This document shows positions 10,313-18,568 of a stretch of DNA of 64,000 nt, one piece after another; position 1 is the first letter of the stretch; each line of letters starts with the position of its first letter. The notes below the pieces were generated by a model, which was not told where the DNA came from, did not search any database, and saw only the letters and a program-made list of their open reading frames with translations. The stretch is taken from assembly GCA_963708185.1 (NCBI GenBank), contig OY970195.1, positions 352,001 to 416,000 on the forward strand, given 5' to 3'. Origin of the DNA: Candidatus Peregrinibacteria bacterium (GTDB lineage: Bacteria; Patescibacteriota; Gracilibacteria; UBA1369). The position numbers were made by a program, and so were the translations under genes.

Positions 10313-11633
10313 GTTCCTGAAGATCCTGGACCTGGACGACGCTTATGGTTTTTGACGTCGGAGTTTTACTGATTTTGGGGACGAAGATTTTTTTGAACCC
10401 GAGCTTCTCGGCCTCTTTAATTCTTTTGGCGAGTTCGGAGACGCTCCTGAGTTCACCGGAAAGTCCGATTTCACCAATGTAGATGCTGTCGGCGGTGACC
10501 GGTTTTTGCGTCAGCGACGATATGATGGCGACGGCGACGGCCAGGTCAGCGGCCGGCTCGTTGAGACGGAAGCCGCCGACGATGTTAACGTATACGTCCT
10601 GGTTGGAGAGATTGAACTTGAGGTGTTTCTGGATGACGGCGATAAGCAGCTGGAGCCGGTTGTTGTCGAAGCCGCTTGCGGCGCGTTTGGGATATCCGAA
10701 GGCCGTAAGATTCGTTAAGGCCTGGACTTCAAGCAGCAATGGCCTGGTTCCTTCGACCGTGGCGGTTATCGCCGAGCCGAAACTGTCCTTTTTCCTGCCT
10801 TCAAGAAAAAGTTCGGAAGGGTTTGCCACTTCACTGAGTCCTTTCTCGTTCATTTCAAAGATTCCGACTTCATGAGTCGGGCCGAAACGGTTCTTCATAC
10901 TGCGGAGCATGCGCAGGTTCTGGTAGCGTTCGCCTTCCAGAAAGAGGACCGTATCGACAAGGTGTTCAAGGATTCGAGGTCCCGCCAGGTTTCCGTCTTT
11001 GGTGACGTGACCAATGAGGATCACCGGCGTAGCGGTCCTTTTTGCGAACTCCATCAGCCGTTCCGTGCAGTAGCGCACCTGGCTTATGCTGCCGGCCAGC
11101 GATCCGATGTCGGACGAATACATGACCTGGATCGAGTCGATAATGACGCATTCAGGCTTCGAAGATTCCACCGTGGCCAGGATATGTTCGAACTGCGTTT
11201 CGCCAAGAAAATCGATGGGTTCCTTCATACCGAGTCTTTGCGCTCGCGAAGAGATCTGGTGTTTGGACTCTTCACCCGATACGTAAAGGACCTTTCGTTT
11301 TTTTGCGGCGATGCGGTTGCAGATCTGGAGCGTCAGTGTGGATTTTCCTATTCCGGGTTCTCCGCTTAAAAGGACCATGCTCCCTTTTACCAGTCCGCTT
11401 CCCAGTACTCTGTTCAGTTCTTCTATGCCAGTATCGATCCTTGATTCGACGCTTTCGTCATGAACAAGAGGGCTCGTACTGAGCACCTTGCCGGCGCTTT
11501 TTTGCTTTGACGGCGATTTCTCGACGACGTCCTCCTGGAAGGAGTTCCATGCATCACAGTCCGGACATTTTCCGAGCCATTTCGGCGATTCGTAACTGCA
11601 CTTTTCGCAGATGTAAATGTTTTTCAGTTTCAT
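10290..11633 (-). CDS. radA: DNA repair protein RadA/Sms
   Basis: CxxC..KWLGKCPDC zinc finger, GEPGIGKST, KNRFG, Lon-like C-terminus. Confidence 0.97.
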   Translation of the reverse strand: MKLKNIYICEKCSYESPKWLGKCPDCDAWNSFQEDVVEKSPSKQKSAGKVLSTSPLVHDESVESRIDTGIEELNRVLGSGLVKGSMVLLSGEPGIGKSTLTLQICNRIAAKKRKVLYVSGEESKHQISSRAQRLGMKEPIDFLGETQFEHILATVESSKPECVIIDSIQVMYSSDIGSLAGSISQVRYCTERLMEFAKRTATPVILIGHVTKDGNLAGPRILEHLVDTVLFLEGERYQNLRMLRSMKNRFGPTHEVGIFEMNEKGLSEVANPSELFLEGRKKDSFGSAITATVEGTRPLLLEVQALTNLTAFGYPKRAASGFDNNRLQLLIAVIQKHLKFNLSNQDVYVNIVGGFRLNEPAADLAVAVAIISSLTQKPVTADSIYIGEIGLSGELRSVSELAKRIKEAEKLGFKKIFVPKISKTPTSKTISVVQVQDLQELMKLQKA

Positions 11634-12772
11634 GTGTTTTGTTTATCACCTAGGACATTATGGTAAACCTTTTTTGTTTTTTCCACCATCGTCCTGATGT
11701 CGAACTGTTTGACTTTATGGTGTCCCAAAAACGCAAGTTTTTCCATAAGCGGTCGGTTGTTGAGAAGCGCAAGAATCGTCTGGGCGAGTGCATCGTAATC
11801 TTTCGGTTGAACGAGAAATCCTGTTTTCCTGTCATCGACGATTTCAGGGATCCCGCCCACCTTGGTCGCTACCACGGGCAGTTGGGCTGCCATTGCCTCG
11901 AGCAGGACCAGCCCGAAAGCTTCTTTTACGCTGGGAAGGACAAACAGGTCGCTGCTTTTGAGAAGTTTTGGAATGTTCTCCTGGTGTCCCAGAAATTTTA
12001 CCTTCTCACGGATTTTCAGTTTTTCGGACAGTTTGATGAGGTCATTTTTTTCAGGTCCTTCGCCAACAATAACGAGCTTTGTATTATTTTTTTGCTCAGC
12101 TATTTTTTTCATGGCTCTCAGGAGATATTTCAACCCCTTTCGCGGATGGAGTGCGGCGATGGTCAAGAGCACGGTATCGTCCGGTCCTGCTCCGAAAAGC
12201 TGCGATCTGATTTTCTGTTTCTCCTGGGTTGAAAAGTGGAAGAGCTCTTTTTCAAACGCTTCAAGATCAATTCCGTTGTGGATGACACTCACCTTATTTT
12301 TCAGCTGGGGGTACCAGGCAAGCATCTGTTTCAAATTCGCTTCAGACACGGTTATTGAATGGCTGGTTCTTGAGAGCGCGCGTCGCTTGATGTTTTTTTT
12401 CAGTCCCGTCAGCAGAAAAGGGTCATGTTCCGTCGTAACGATGGGAACGTTTTTTTTCATTCCCGCCCAAAAAGCGTAACGGCAGGAACCCGGATTCCAT
12501 AAATGAAGATGGAGCAGGTCGGGCGTTTCTTTCTGAAGGATTTTTTTCAACTGGAGATAGTGCCTGGGGTCATGTTTGTGGCTGACTTTCAAGCGTATGA
12601 TTTGGATCCCGTCTTTTTTCATTTCACTGCACCACGGGTCGAGTTTCTTTGAGTTCGAACATACCAGCCGGACATGATATCCGTCCTTTATCAGTTTTTT
12701 CGCCAGAAGGTGAATGTGTTTTTCGGCGCCTCCGGTGAAAGGGGTGTCGGTATAGAAAAGAATGTTGTTCAT
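11630..12772 (-). CDS. Glycosyltransferase family 4
   Basis: GGAEKH, VIHNGID, RKG and EAFGLVLLEAMA motifs. Confidence 0.9.
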   Translation of the reverse strand: MNNILFYTDTPFTGGAEKHIHLLAKKLIKDGYHVRLVCSNSKKLDPWCSEMKKDGIQIIRLKVSHKHDPRHYLQLKKILQKETPDLLHLHLWNPGSCRYAFWAGMKKNVPIVTTEHDPFLLTGLKKNIKRRALSRTSHSITVSEANLKQMLAWYPQLKNKVSVIHNGIDLEAFEKELFHFSTQEKQKIRSQLFGAGPDDTVLLTIAALHPRKGLKYLLRAMKKIAEQKNNTKLVIVGEGPEKNDLIKLSEKLKIREKVKFLGHQENIPKLLKSSDLFVLPSVKEAFGLVLLEAMAAQLPVVATKVGGIPEIVDDRKTGFLVQPKDYDALAQTILALLNNRPLMEKLAFLGHHKVKQFDIRTMVEKTKKVYHNVLGDKQNT

Positions 12773-12890
12773 AACAAATCCATTTTAGTAAAAAACCGCT
12801 TGAATCAACAGGGCAAGAGTGTTAATTTTATTGCGCTCTTTTTCAAGAAGGGTTGAAGTACGTATTTGTCTCATGTGTCGGGTGGAGTGC

Positions 12891-12966
12891 GGGTCAGTAG
12901 CTCAGCTGGTAGAGCAACTCCCTCTTAAGGAGATGGTCCCCGGTTCAAGCCCGGGCTGGCCCACCA
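12891..12966 (+). tRNA. tRNA-Lys(CTT)
   Basis: Cloverleaf GGGTCAG...CTGGCCC-A-CCA; anticodon loop CTCTTAA. Confidence 0.95.
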
Positions 12967-12993
12967 AGATGACTTGAGCAAAATTTTCAAAAC

Positions 12994-13021
12994 AAAAGCC
13001 GCTGACAATCCAGCGGCTTTT
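12994..13021. terminator. Bidirectional terminator
   Basis: AAAAGCCGCTG-ACAATC-CAGCGGCTTTT between convergent tRNA-Lys and SLH gene. Confidence 0.8.
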
Positions 13022-13050
13022 GAAGATTTTCTGATCGTGAGTTTGTGCGT

Positions 13051-14145
13051 TTATTGAACGGTAACGGTGCCGGTCATAAACGGATGGATTGAACAGTGGT
13101 AGCTATATGTTCCCGGAGTGTTAAAGGTATAGCTGAAGGTGTCTCCGTTGTTGAGGTTTCCACTGTCGAAGGTTGTGCCGTCGTCGCTGGTAACGGTGTG
13201 CGTGGTTGAATCCGAGTTGGTCCATACCACCGTTTGTCCCGCTGAAATGGTGAGATCGGCGGGAGCAAACGCAAAGTTGGCGATGTCGACGTTCATGGAC
13301 TGTTCTTGTGTTGTTTGTTGAGTTGTTTCCTGCGTCATTTCTTGAGTCATTTGTTGGGTTGTTTCCTGTGTCATGGCTTGCGTCATTTCTTGAGTCATGG
13401 CTTGGGTTTCCTGCTGGCTCATGGCCTGGACCTCTTCAGGAGTCATGTACTTGTCCCATCCCATTTCTTTCAGGTACATGAGGCGGTACATGGCTTCGGA
13501 AAGTTTGCCTCTGGTCATGCCCTGTGCCGGGGAAACCATGTTGTTGCTGTCGGCGTCGATAAGATTTTTTTCTTTGGCGTATTCCACGTAAGGTGCGTAC
13601 CACTGGTTCATATATGCGTCTGCGTAAGGATCTGCACTTACGGTGAGACCGGACACGTCAATCTGCTGAGCGAGCAGAAGGATTTTAAGGTTTTCAACCA
13701 GATTTACGGTTTGGGCCGGTTTGAAAGTTCCGTCATCGTATCCCTGGACAATGCCGAGGTTTTTCGCTTTGTCCACGTAAACAGCGTACCAGTCGTCTCG
13801 TGGAACGTCGCGGAACGGTTCGAGATCAACGGAGTCAGCGACCTGGATGCCGGAACCGAGAAGGATAATCTTCAGCGCTTCAGCGCGGTTGACGACTTGG
13901 TCAGGTTTGAAAGTTCCGTCTGGATAGCCGTCGATGACACCATGGTCTTTCAAATACATGATGGCAGTATAATCAGGAGTTGACGTTGAAACGTCGGAAA
14001 ACACCTGTGTTCCCGAATCCATGGACATTGATGTGTCCGTGGAAGTACTGGTATCGCTCATCATTTGCGCACCTACGATCATCGGCAACGAAAACATGAG
14101 GATGCTCCCACTTAAGATACCAGCGAGAGTCTTTTTGACTTTCAT
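13051..14145 (-). CDS. Secreted SLH-domain protein with C-terminal cupredoxin (plastocyanin/amicyanin-like) domain
   Basis: Signal peptide MKVKKTLAG; SLH repeats (GYPDGTFKP..NRAE, TRG); type-1 Cu ligands HTVT and YHCSIHPFM. Start placed at ATG 14145 rather than the longer ORF-track start. Confidence 0.88.
   Translation of the reverse strand: MKVKKTLAGILSGSILMFSLPMIVGAQMMSDTSTSTDTSMSMDSGTQVFSDVSTSTPDYTAIMYLKDHGVIDGYPDGTFKPDQVVNRAEALKIILLGSGIQVADSVDLEPFRDVPRDDWYAVYVDKAKNLGIVQGYDDGTFKPAQTVNLVENLKILLLAQQIDVSGLTVSADPYADAYMNQWYAPYVEYAKEKNLIDADSNNMVSPAQGMTRGKLSEAMYRLMYLKEMGWDKYMTPEEVQAMSQQETQAMTQEMTQAMTQETTQQMTQEMTQETTQQTTQEQSMNVDIANFAFAPADLTISAGQTVVWTNSDSTTHTVTSDDGTTFDSGNLNNGDTFSYTFNTPGTYSYHCSIHPFMTGTVTVQ
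13301..13430 (-). repeat. Degenerate 12-bp tandem repeat encoding a (TQ[EAQ][MT])n linker
   Basis: Protein QETQAMTQEMTQAMTQETTQQMTQEMTQETTQQTTQEQ; + strand units such as TTGAGTCATTTC and CTGCGTCATTTC. Confidence 0.85.
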
Positions 14146-14191
14146 CTGAAAAGGGTTAAATAATAATGACCCGTAGATTTTAGCACATTTT

Positions 14192-15016
14192 ATGCCGGAA
14201 TTACCAGAAGTTGAAACAATCGTCAGAGAATTAAGACCCAAAGTTGTCGGGAAAAAATTTTGGTGCGTGGAAGGAAAGCTGAAATATGTTTTTCTTCCTT
14301 CATACGAAGAGATCTCCTCAGGGATCAAAAACCTGAAGATTTCCGGAATTGAACGACGCGGAAAATTTATAGTTTTTATTCTTGAACGAAACTTGAGGCT
14401 CGTGATCCATCTTCGCATGAGCGGACGCCTTCTTTGGAAAAAAGTTCCCAGGAAGGAGAAGCATATCAGGGCTGTTTTCCGTTTTACAGACGGAACGTCG
14501 CTTATTTTTTCCGATGCGAGGAAGTTCGGGAGGATCTGGTTTTATTCCGTGATGGATTATGAGACGGCAACCGGAATTTCGCGATTGGGAATTGAGCCGT
14601 TTTCCTCTACATTCAGCCGTAATTCTTTGAATAAACTTTTTGTTCAAAGAAGGGGATTTCTAAAAAATACGCTTTTACGTCAGGACGTTATCGCAGGAAT
14701 CGGGAACATTTATGCAGATGAAATTTGTTACCGTATCGGTCTTCATCCTCGGTCGCGCCTGGAACGTCTGAAGCCCGGTGATTTGTTTCGCCTTCATGAA
14801 GCTGTTTTGTATTGTCTGGGTGAGGGGATTGAACACTGCGGTGCGTCGGTTTCAGATTTTGTGGGAACAAGAGGTACGCTTGGAAAACACCAGAAATATT
14901 TGCAGGTTTACGGGAGGAAGGACGATCCCTGTCACCAGTGCGGTTCGGTCATACAAAAAACGAAGGTCGCAGGACGCGGAACCTTCGTTTGTGTTCAATG
15001 TCAGGTTATACGGTGA
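14192..15016 (+). CDS. mutM: Formamidopyrimidine-DNA glycosylase
   Basis: MPELPEVE, RRGKF, HLRMSG, GIGNIYADE and C-terminal zinc finger. Confidence 0.96.
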   Translation: MPELPEVETIVRELRPKVVGKKFWCVEGKLKYVFLPSYEEISSGIKNLKISGIERRGKFIVFILERNLRLVIHLRMSGRLLWKKVPRKEKHIRAVFRFTDGTSLIFSDARKFGRIWFYSVMDYETATGISRLGIEPFSSTFSRNSLNKLFVQRRGFLKNTLLRQDVIAGIGNIYADEICYRIGLHPRSRLERLKPGDLFRLHEAVLYCLGEGIEHCGASVSDFVGTRGTLGKHQKYLQVYGRKDDPCHQCGSVIQKTKVAGRGTFVCVQCQVIR

Positions 15017-15018
15017 TT

Positions 15019-15318
15019 TTAGTGGTGTGCAGCTGCAGCAGATGCATGGGTTGCCCCGTGTGCATCATGGTTTTCGGTGTGAGCTCCGTGCGCTTCGGTA
15101 CCGTGCCCATGTGCTCCATGGTCGTCATTGCTGAAGAGCCCTTTCAAGACGTCCTTGAAGAATCCGGTTGCGGTTTTGTAGAGTTTTCCGATGGCGATGC
15201 GGACGCTGTCGATGATTTTGCCGACGCCCTCGCCGAGCGTTTCCAGAACACTTTCAGAATTGTGACCTGCTTCCACGGCTTCGTGGCTGTGAGCGGTTTC
15301 AGAATGGGATGCTGACAT
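15019..15318 (-). CDS. Small His/Ala-rich protein
   Basis: 99 aa from MSASHSE; His-rich termini around an amphipathic core; the longer ORF start overlaps a tRNA and was rejected. Confidence 0.7.
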   Translation of the reverse strand: MSASHSETAHSHEAVEAGHNSESVLETLGEGVGKIIDSVRIAIGKLYKTATGFFKDVLKGLFSNDDHGAHGHGTEAHGAHTENHDAHGATHASAAAAHH

Positions 15319-15373
15319 AAAATTTTTGTAAGAAAATGGGTAGTATTTTAACTTTTTTATTGAAAATGTCAAG

Positions 15374-15460
15374 TGGTGCCGAGGGCGGGGATCGAACCCG
15401 CACGATATTGCTATCACGGGATTTTAAGTCCCGCGCGTCTGCCAGTTCCGCCACCCCGGC
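15374..15460 (-). tRNA. tRNA-Leu(TAA)
   Basis: Reverse complement GCCGGGGTGGCGGAACTGG...GGGA-CTTAAAA-TCCC...CTCGGCACCA; long variable arm. Confidence 0.95.
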
Positions 15461-15498
15461 GCGTTGTGCTGTTTCCCCAAGACGGGGGTGACTTCAGG

Positions 15499-16089
15499 TT
15501 ATTTCAAGGAGAAGGATTTTACAATCGCCTGAACGACGTTAATATTGTCCGTTGTTTCTTTGGGCGAGTATGAGCCTGTGACGATGTAGGCGTAATTTCC
15601 TTTTACCGCGTACGTCTGGTAAAAAACAAGAAGGTCACTTTGTGCATCTTTTTTTCCTTCAAAGGTTTCTATATAGGTGTCGACGTCCTTTCCTGCGATT
15701 TTTACTTTCACGAGATCCTGTTTGTCTTCTTTGTAGTTGACGAGTCCGGTCTTCTGGCGATTAATGACCTCTTTTGCGTATTCGAGGGACTCAACGCTGT
15801 TCTGGATCGTTCTGCGGATGACGTTCACATTGGCCGTGAAGGTATCATTTTTTACGTTGTTGCGAACGACCAGTGCTGTTTCGGGGGGAACGTCGCTCGT
15901 AAAATTTTTTGATTCGATGACATCCCATTCTCGCGGAATTGTAAGGTTGAATTCGGGGTTATCGATAATCCTGGATTGGTTGTTCGTCGTCGCGTTCTGT
16001 TGGTTTGTTGAACCTCCGCATCCTGCAAGTGCCAGGACAGAGAATGTAATCAATGAGATTTGAAGGAGTTTTTTTGTGGTGGTTTTCAT
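15499..16089 (-). CDS. Lipoprotein, PsbP/DcrB-like fold probable
   Basis: Lipobox LAGC; FNLTIPREW, ANVNV and AYIVT pattern. Confidence 0.75.
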   Translation of the reverse strand: MKTTTKKLLQISLITFSVLALAGCGGSTNQQNATTNNQSRIIDNPEFNLTIPREWDVIESKNFTSDVPPETALVVRNNVKNDTFTANVNVIRRTIQNSVESLEYAKEVINRQKTGLVNYKEDKQDLVKVKIAGKDVDTYIETFEGKKDAQSDLLVFYQTYAVKGNYAYIVTGSYSPKETTDNINVVQAIVKSFSLK

Positions 16090-16191
16090 AGTGATCAAGA
16101 GGAAACACGCTTATTTTACTGGACTTTGCGCCCCGCTACAAATTTTTTGTGATCTTCCATAGATAAAGTCGTTGCGGAAAATTTGGAAGGA

Positions 16192-16219
16192 TTGACAAAA
16201 ATAAAATTCATCCTAAGAT
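16192..16219 (+). promoter_or_regulatory. sigma70 promoter of small-ORF unit 1
   Basis: TTGACA-16 nt-TAAGAT. Confidence 0.6.
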
Positions 16220-16300
16220 GTTTGTTACTTTTTCGGGATTGAAGAAAAGTTTTCTGTTTATCAGCGGAAATGCTTATCTTTACCTGAAAAAGCGATATTT

Positions 16301-16697
16301 GGCAGCAAGGCAGGAGAGAGGTGTCCATGAGTTTGCCTTCAAGCATGCGTCCTCCGTCCAGCAGGAGGAAAGACCAGCTGGTGGATGAGCGTTTTCGTGA
16401 GTGGGAAGCTCGACAGAAGGCCGCTGGAAATCAGCCTGCAAAGCCTTCGTCTGCTCCCGCACGTGATGACAAGGCTCATCAGGGTCTCGACTTCGACGAC
16501 CGTGAAGAGCAGGGAGTCGATGGTGACGGGAAAGGGAAGTAGTCCAACGACCCCGACCCTCACGTTTGATCAACACTTTCAAGGAGGTGTCTCCCCGGAA
16601 TCGATGTCATGAAGTAGGTACGGAGCCGGAGAGGTAGGAACGCGCAGGACGCGTTCCGCCTCTCCGGCTACCGCCGACACTCCACTGTCTTGCTGCC
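16301..16697 (+). other. Long-range inverted-repeat-enclosed RNA unit
   Basis: GGCAGCAAGGCAG (16301-16313) pairs with CTGTCTTGCTGCC (16685-16697, one G-U); GTGTC/GACAC inner helix; hairpin 16624-16669. Confidence 0.75.
16327..16542 (+). CDS. Small hydrophilic orphan protein (71 aa) inside a structured transcript
   Basis: SD-like AGGAGAGAGGTG before ATG 16327; GC-rich relative to flanks. Confidence 0.5.
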   Translation: MSLPSSMRPPSSRRKDQLVDERFREWEARQKAAGNQPAKPSSAPARDDKAHQGLDFDDREEQGVDGDGKGK

Positions 16698-16797
16698 CTA
16701 TCCTTTTTAACTCAATTGTCATGAAATCATCGTTCATGTCTTTTGCATTGTCCAAAAATCTTCTATTATACCTTTGTTATTTTTTGTTTTTTGGTTT

Positions 16798-17766
16798 ATG
16801 AAACAAGTCCAAGTAGGGATTCTTGATTTCAGTAGTCTCAGCAGGCTTCGATCGGCACGCACCGCTGCCAGTTCGACCCCGCGCGAAGTGAAACTTCTCA
16901 AAAATACCGCCATCAAGCTGGGGCATATCGCCAAGATTTATAAGGTGGAAAACTGCCAGCTTTATTTCGACAACCGTAAACCGCTTATTCTTTATAAGAA
17001 CAAACCTATTAAAGGTTGCGATGTTCTGATTCCTCGAGTTTCCGTCGCCGGAGATATCGATCTGGAAATTTCCATCGTCAAACAGTTCAAGATGCTCGGT
17101 ATTCCCGTGGTGAACGATTATCTCCCCACGGTCCGCGCGAAGAATAAATTAAGGACATTGCAGATTTTAACGCACAGGGGAATTCCTGTGCCAAGAACCC
17201 TTGTGGTTCGTAAATTGGAATTTTTAGATGAAGGCATTCAGAAAGTTGGAGGCTATCCGGTCATCATTAAATCTCCCTTCGGTTCTTACGGGGTGGGGGT
17301 TGCCATTACGGAAAGCCGCAGATCGTTATATTCCTCACTGGATATGGTCTGGAAAACGACTTCCTCAAGTATCATTCTTATCCAGGAGTACGTTGCTGAA
17401 GCTGAAGGAAGCGATTTTCGGGCTTTCGTCATCGGAGGAAAAGTCGTTGCTTCGATGCAGCGTAAGGCTGTGCAGGGTGATTTCCGTTCGAACCTTCATC
17501 ACGGCGGTGAAGCCGTGAAAGTGAAACTCAGCACCGAGGAACAGAATCTCGCCATAAGGGCTGCTGAGGCTTTGGGGCTGGATCTTGCGGGAGTCGATCT
17601 CTTACGGACGAGAAAAGGTCCGGTGGTCATGGAGGTGAACGCCAATCCGGGTTTTGAGGGGTTGATGAAAATTACCGGGGTCGACATTGCGACGGAAATG
17701 GTGAAGTACGCCGTCTCGCTCTACAGGAAACAGCAGGAAGCCATCAAAAAGAAAAAGCGGTCCTGA
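16798..17766 (+). CDS. rimK: RimK family ATP-grasp alpha-L-glutamate ligase
   Basis: AKNKLRTLQIL, GIPVPRT, DFRAFVIG, DFRSNLHHGG, EVNANPG. Confidence 0.85.
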   Translation: MKQVQVGILDFSSLSRLRSARTAASSTPREVKLLKNTAIKLGHIAKIYKVENCQLYFDNRKPLILYKNKPIKGCDVLIPRVSVAGDIDLEISIVKQFKMLGIPVVNDYLPTVRAKNKLRTLQILTHRGIPVPRTLVVRKLEFLDEGIQKVGGYPVIIKSPFGSYGVGVAITESRRSLYSSLDMVWKTTSSSIILIQEYVAEAEGSDFRAFVIGGKVVASMQRKAVQGDFRSNLHHGGEAVKVKLSTEEQNLAIRAAEALGLDLAGVDLLRTRKGPVVMEVNANPGFEGLMKITGVDIATEMVKYAVSLYRKQQEAIKKKKRS

Positions 17767-17780
17767 TTTTCGGACATAGC

Positions 17781-17808
17781 AAAAACCCCCATGCAAGATG
17801 GGGGTTTT
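17781..17808. terminator. Bidirectional terminator rimK/clpP
   Basis: AAAACCCCCAT-GCAAG-ATGGGGGTTTT. Confidence 0.85.
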
Positions 17809-17826
17809 ATTGTTGTGAATGAATGC

Positions 17827-18450
17827 TTAGCGTTTGGTGATGATCTTATCGATCAATCCGTATTTCACTGAATCTTCTGCGGTCATGAAATTGTCGCGGT
17901 CGGTGTCTTTCTCAATGGTCTTCAAGGGCTGTTTGGTATGTTTTGCCAGAATGTTGTTCAAACGTTCTTTGGTCTTGATGATGTGCGTCGCATGGATGAA
18001 GATATCACTTGCCTGACCCTCAGCACCTCCCAAAGGCTGGTGAATCATGACTTCAGCGTTCGGAAGAGCGAACCGTTTTCCCGGGGCTCCTCCGGCGAGG
18101 AGGACGGCGCCCATCGATGCAGCAATGCCGATGCATACGGTCGAAACGTCGCATTGGATGAGCTGCATGGTGTCATAGATAGCCAGGCCCGCCGTGACAT
18201 GGCCTCCGGGACTCTGGATATACATGGTGATATCCTTTTTGGGGTTTTCGCTTTCCAGAAAGAGCAGCTGGGCGATGATGCTGTTGGCAACGGTATCATT
18301 GATGGCGCTGCCAAGGATGATGATGCGTTCTTTGAGGAGTCGAGAATAAATATCGTAAGCACGTTCACCCATATTGGTTTTTTCGATGACGGTGGGGATG
18401 AGTACGTTGTTTCTGATGGTCTCCACATGCTTGTTCTGGTCTTGTGTCAT
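17827..18450 (-). CDS. clpP: ATP-dependent Clp protease proteolytic subunit
   Basis: [21 protein letters not shown] and MIHQP motifs. Confidence 0.97.
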   Translation of the reverse strand: MTQDQNKHVETIRNNVLIPTVIEKTNMGERAYDIYSRLLKERIIILGSAINDTVANSIIAQLLFLESENPKKDITMYIQSPGGHVTAGLAIYDTMQLIQCDVSTVCIGIAASMGAVLLAGGAPGKRFALPNAEVMIHQPLGGAEGQASDIFIHATHIIKTKERLNNILAKHTKQPLKTIEKDTDRDNFMTAEDSVKYGLIDKIITKR

Positions 18451-18494
18451 GCTGTTTTGCTATTAAAGGATGATGCTGTTATTCCACTTTTATT

Positions 18495-18521
18495 TTAGCA
18501 CACTTTGGCCGAGAGTGATAA
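18495..18521. promoter_or_regulatory. CIRCE element (HrcA operator) upstream of clpP
   Basis: TTAGCACAC-N9-GAGTGATAA versus consensus TTAGCACTC-N9-GAGTGCTAA (2 mismatches, exact spacing). Confidence 0.75.
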
Positions 18522-18568
18522 TCTGTAGAGTTGACTAATTTTAGAATCTGGCGGGAAATTATTTGTTT

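Noticed and set aside
13301-13430. CRISPR array
   Set aside because: In-frame degenerate 12-bp coding repeat with no spacers; no cas operon in the window
14146-14418. N-terminal extension of the SLH ORF in the track
   Set aside because: Overlaps mutM on the opposite strand; the signal peptide starts at ATG 14145
16301-16697. RNase P RNA or tmRNA
   Set aside because: GAGGAAAGACC only resembles GAGGAAAGUCC; the other conserved RNase P regions and a tRNA-like CCA end are missing
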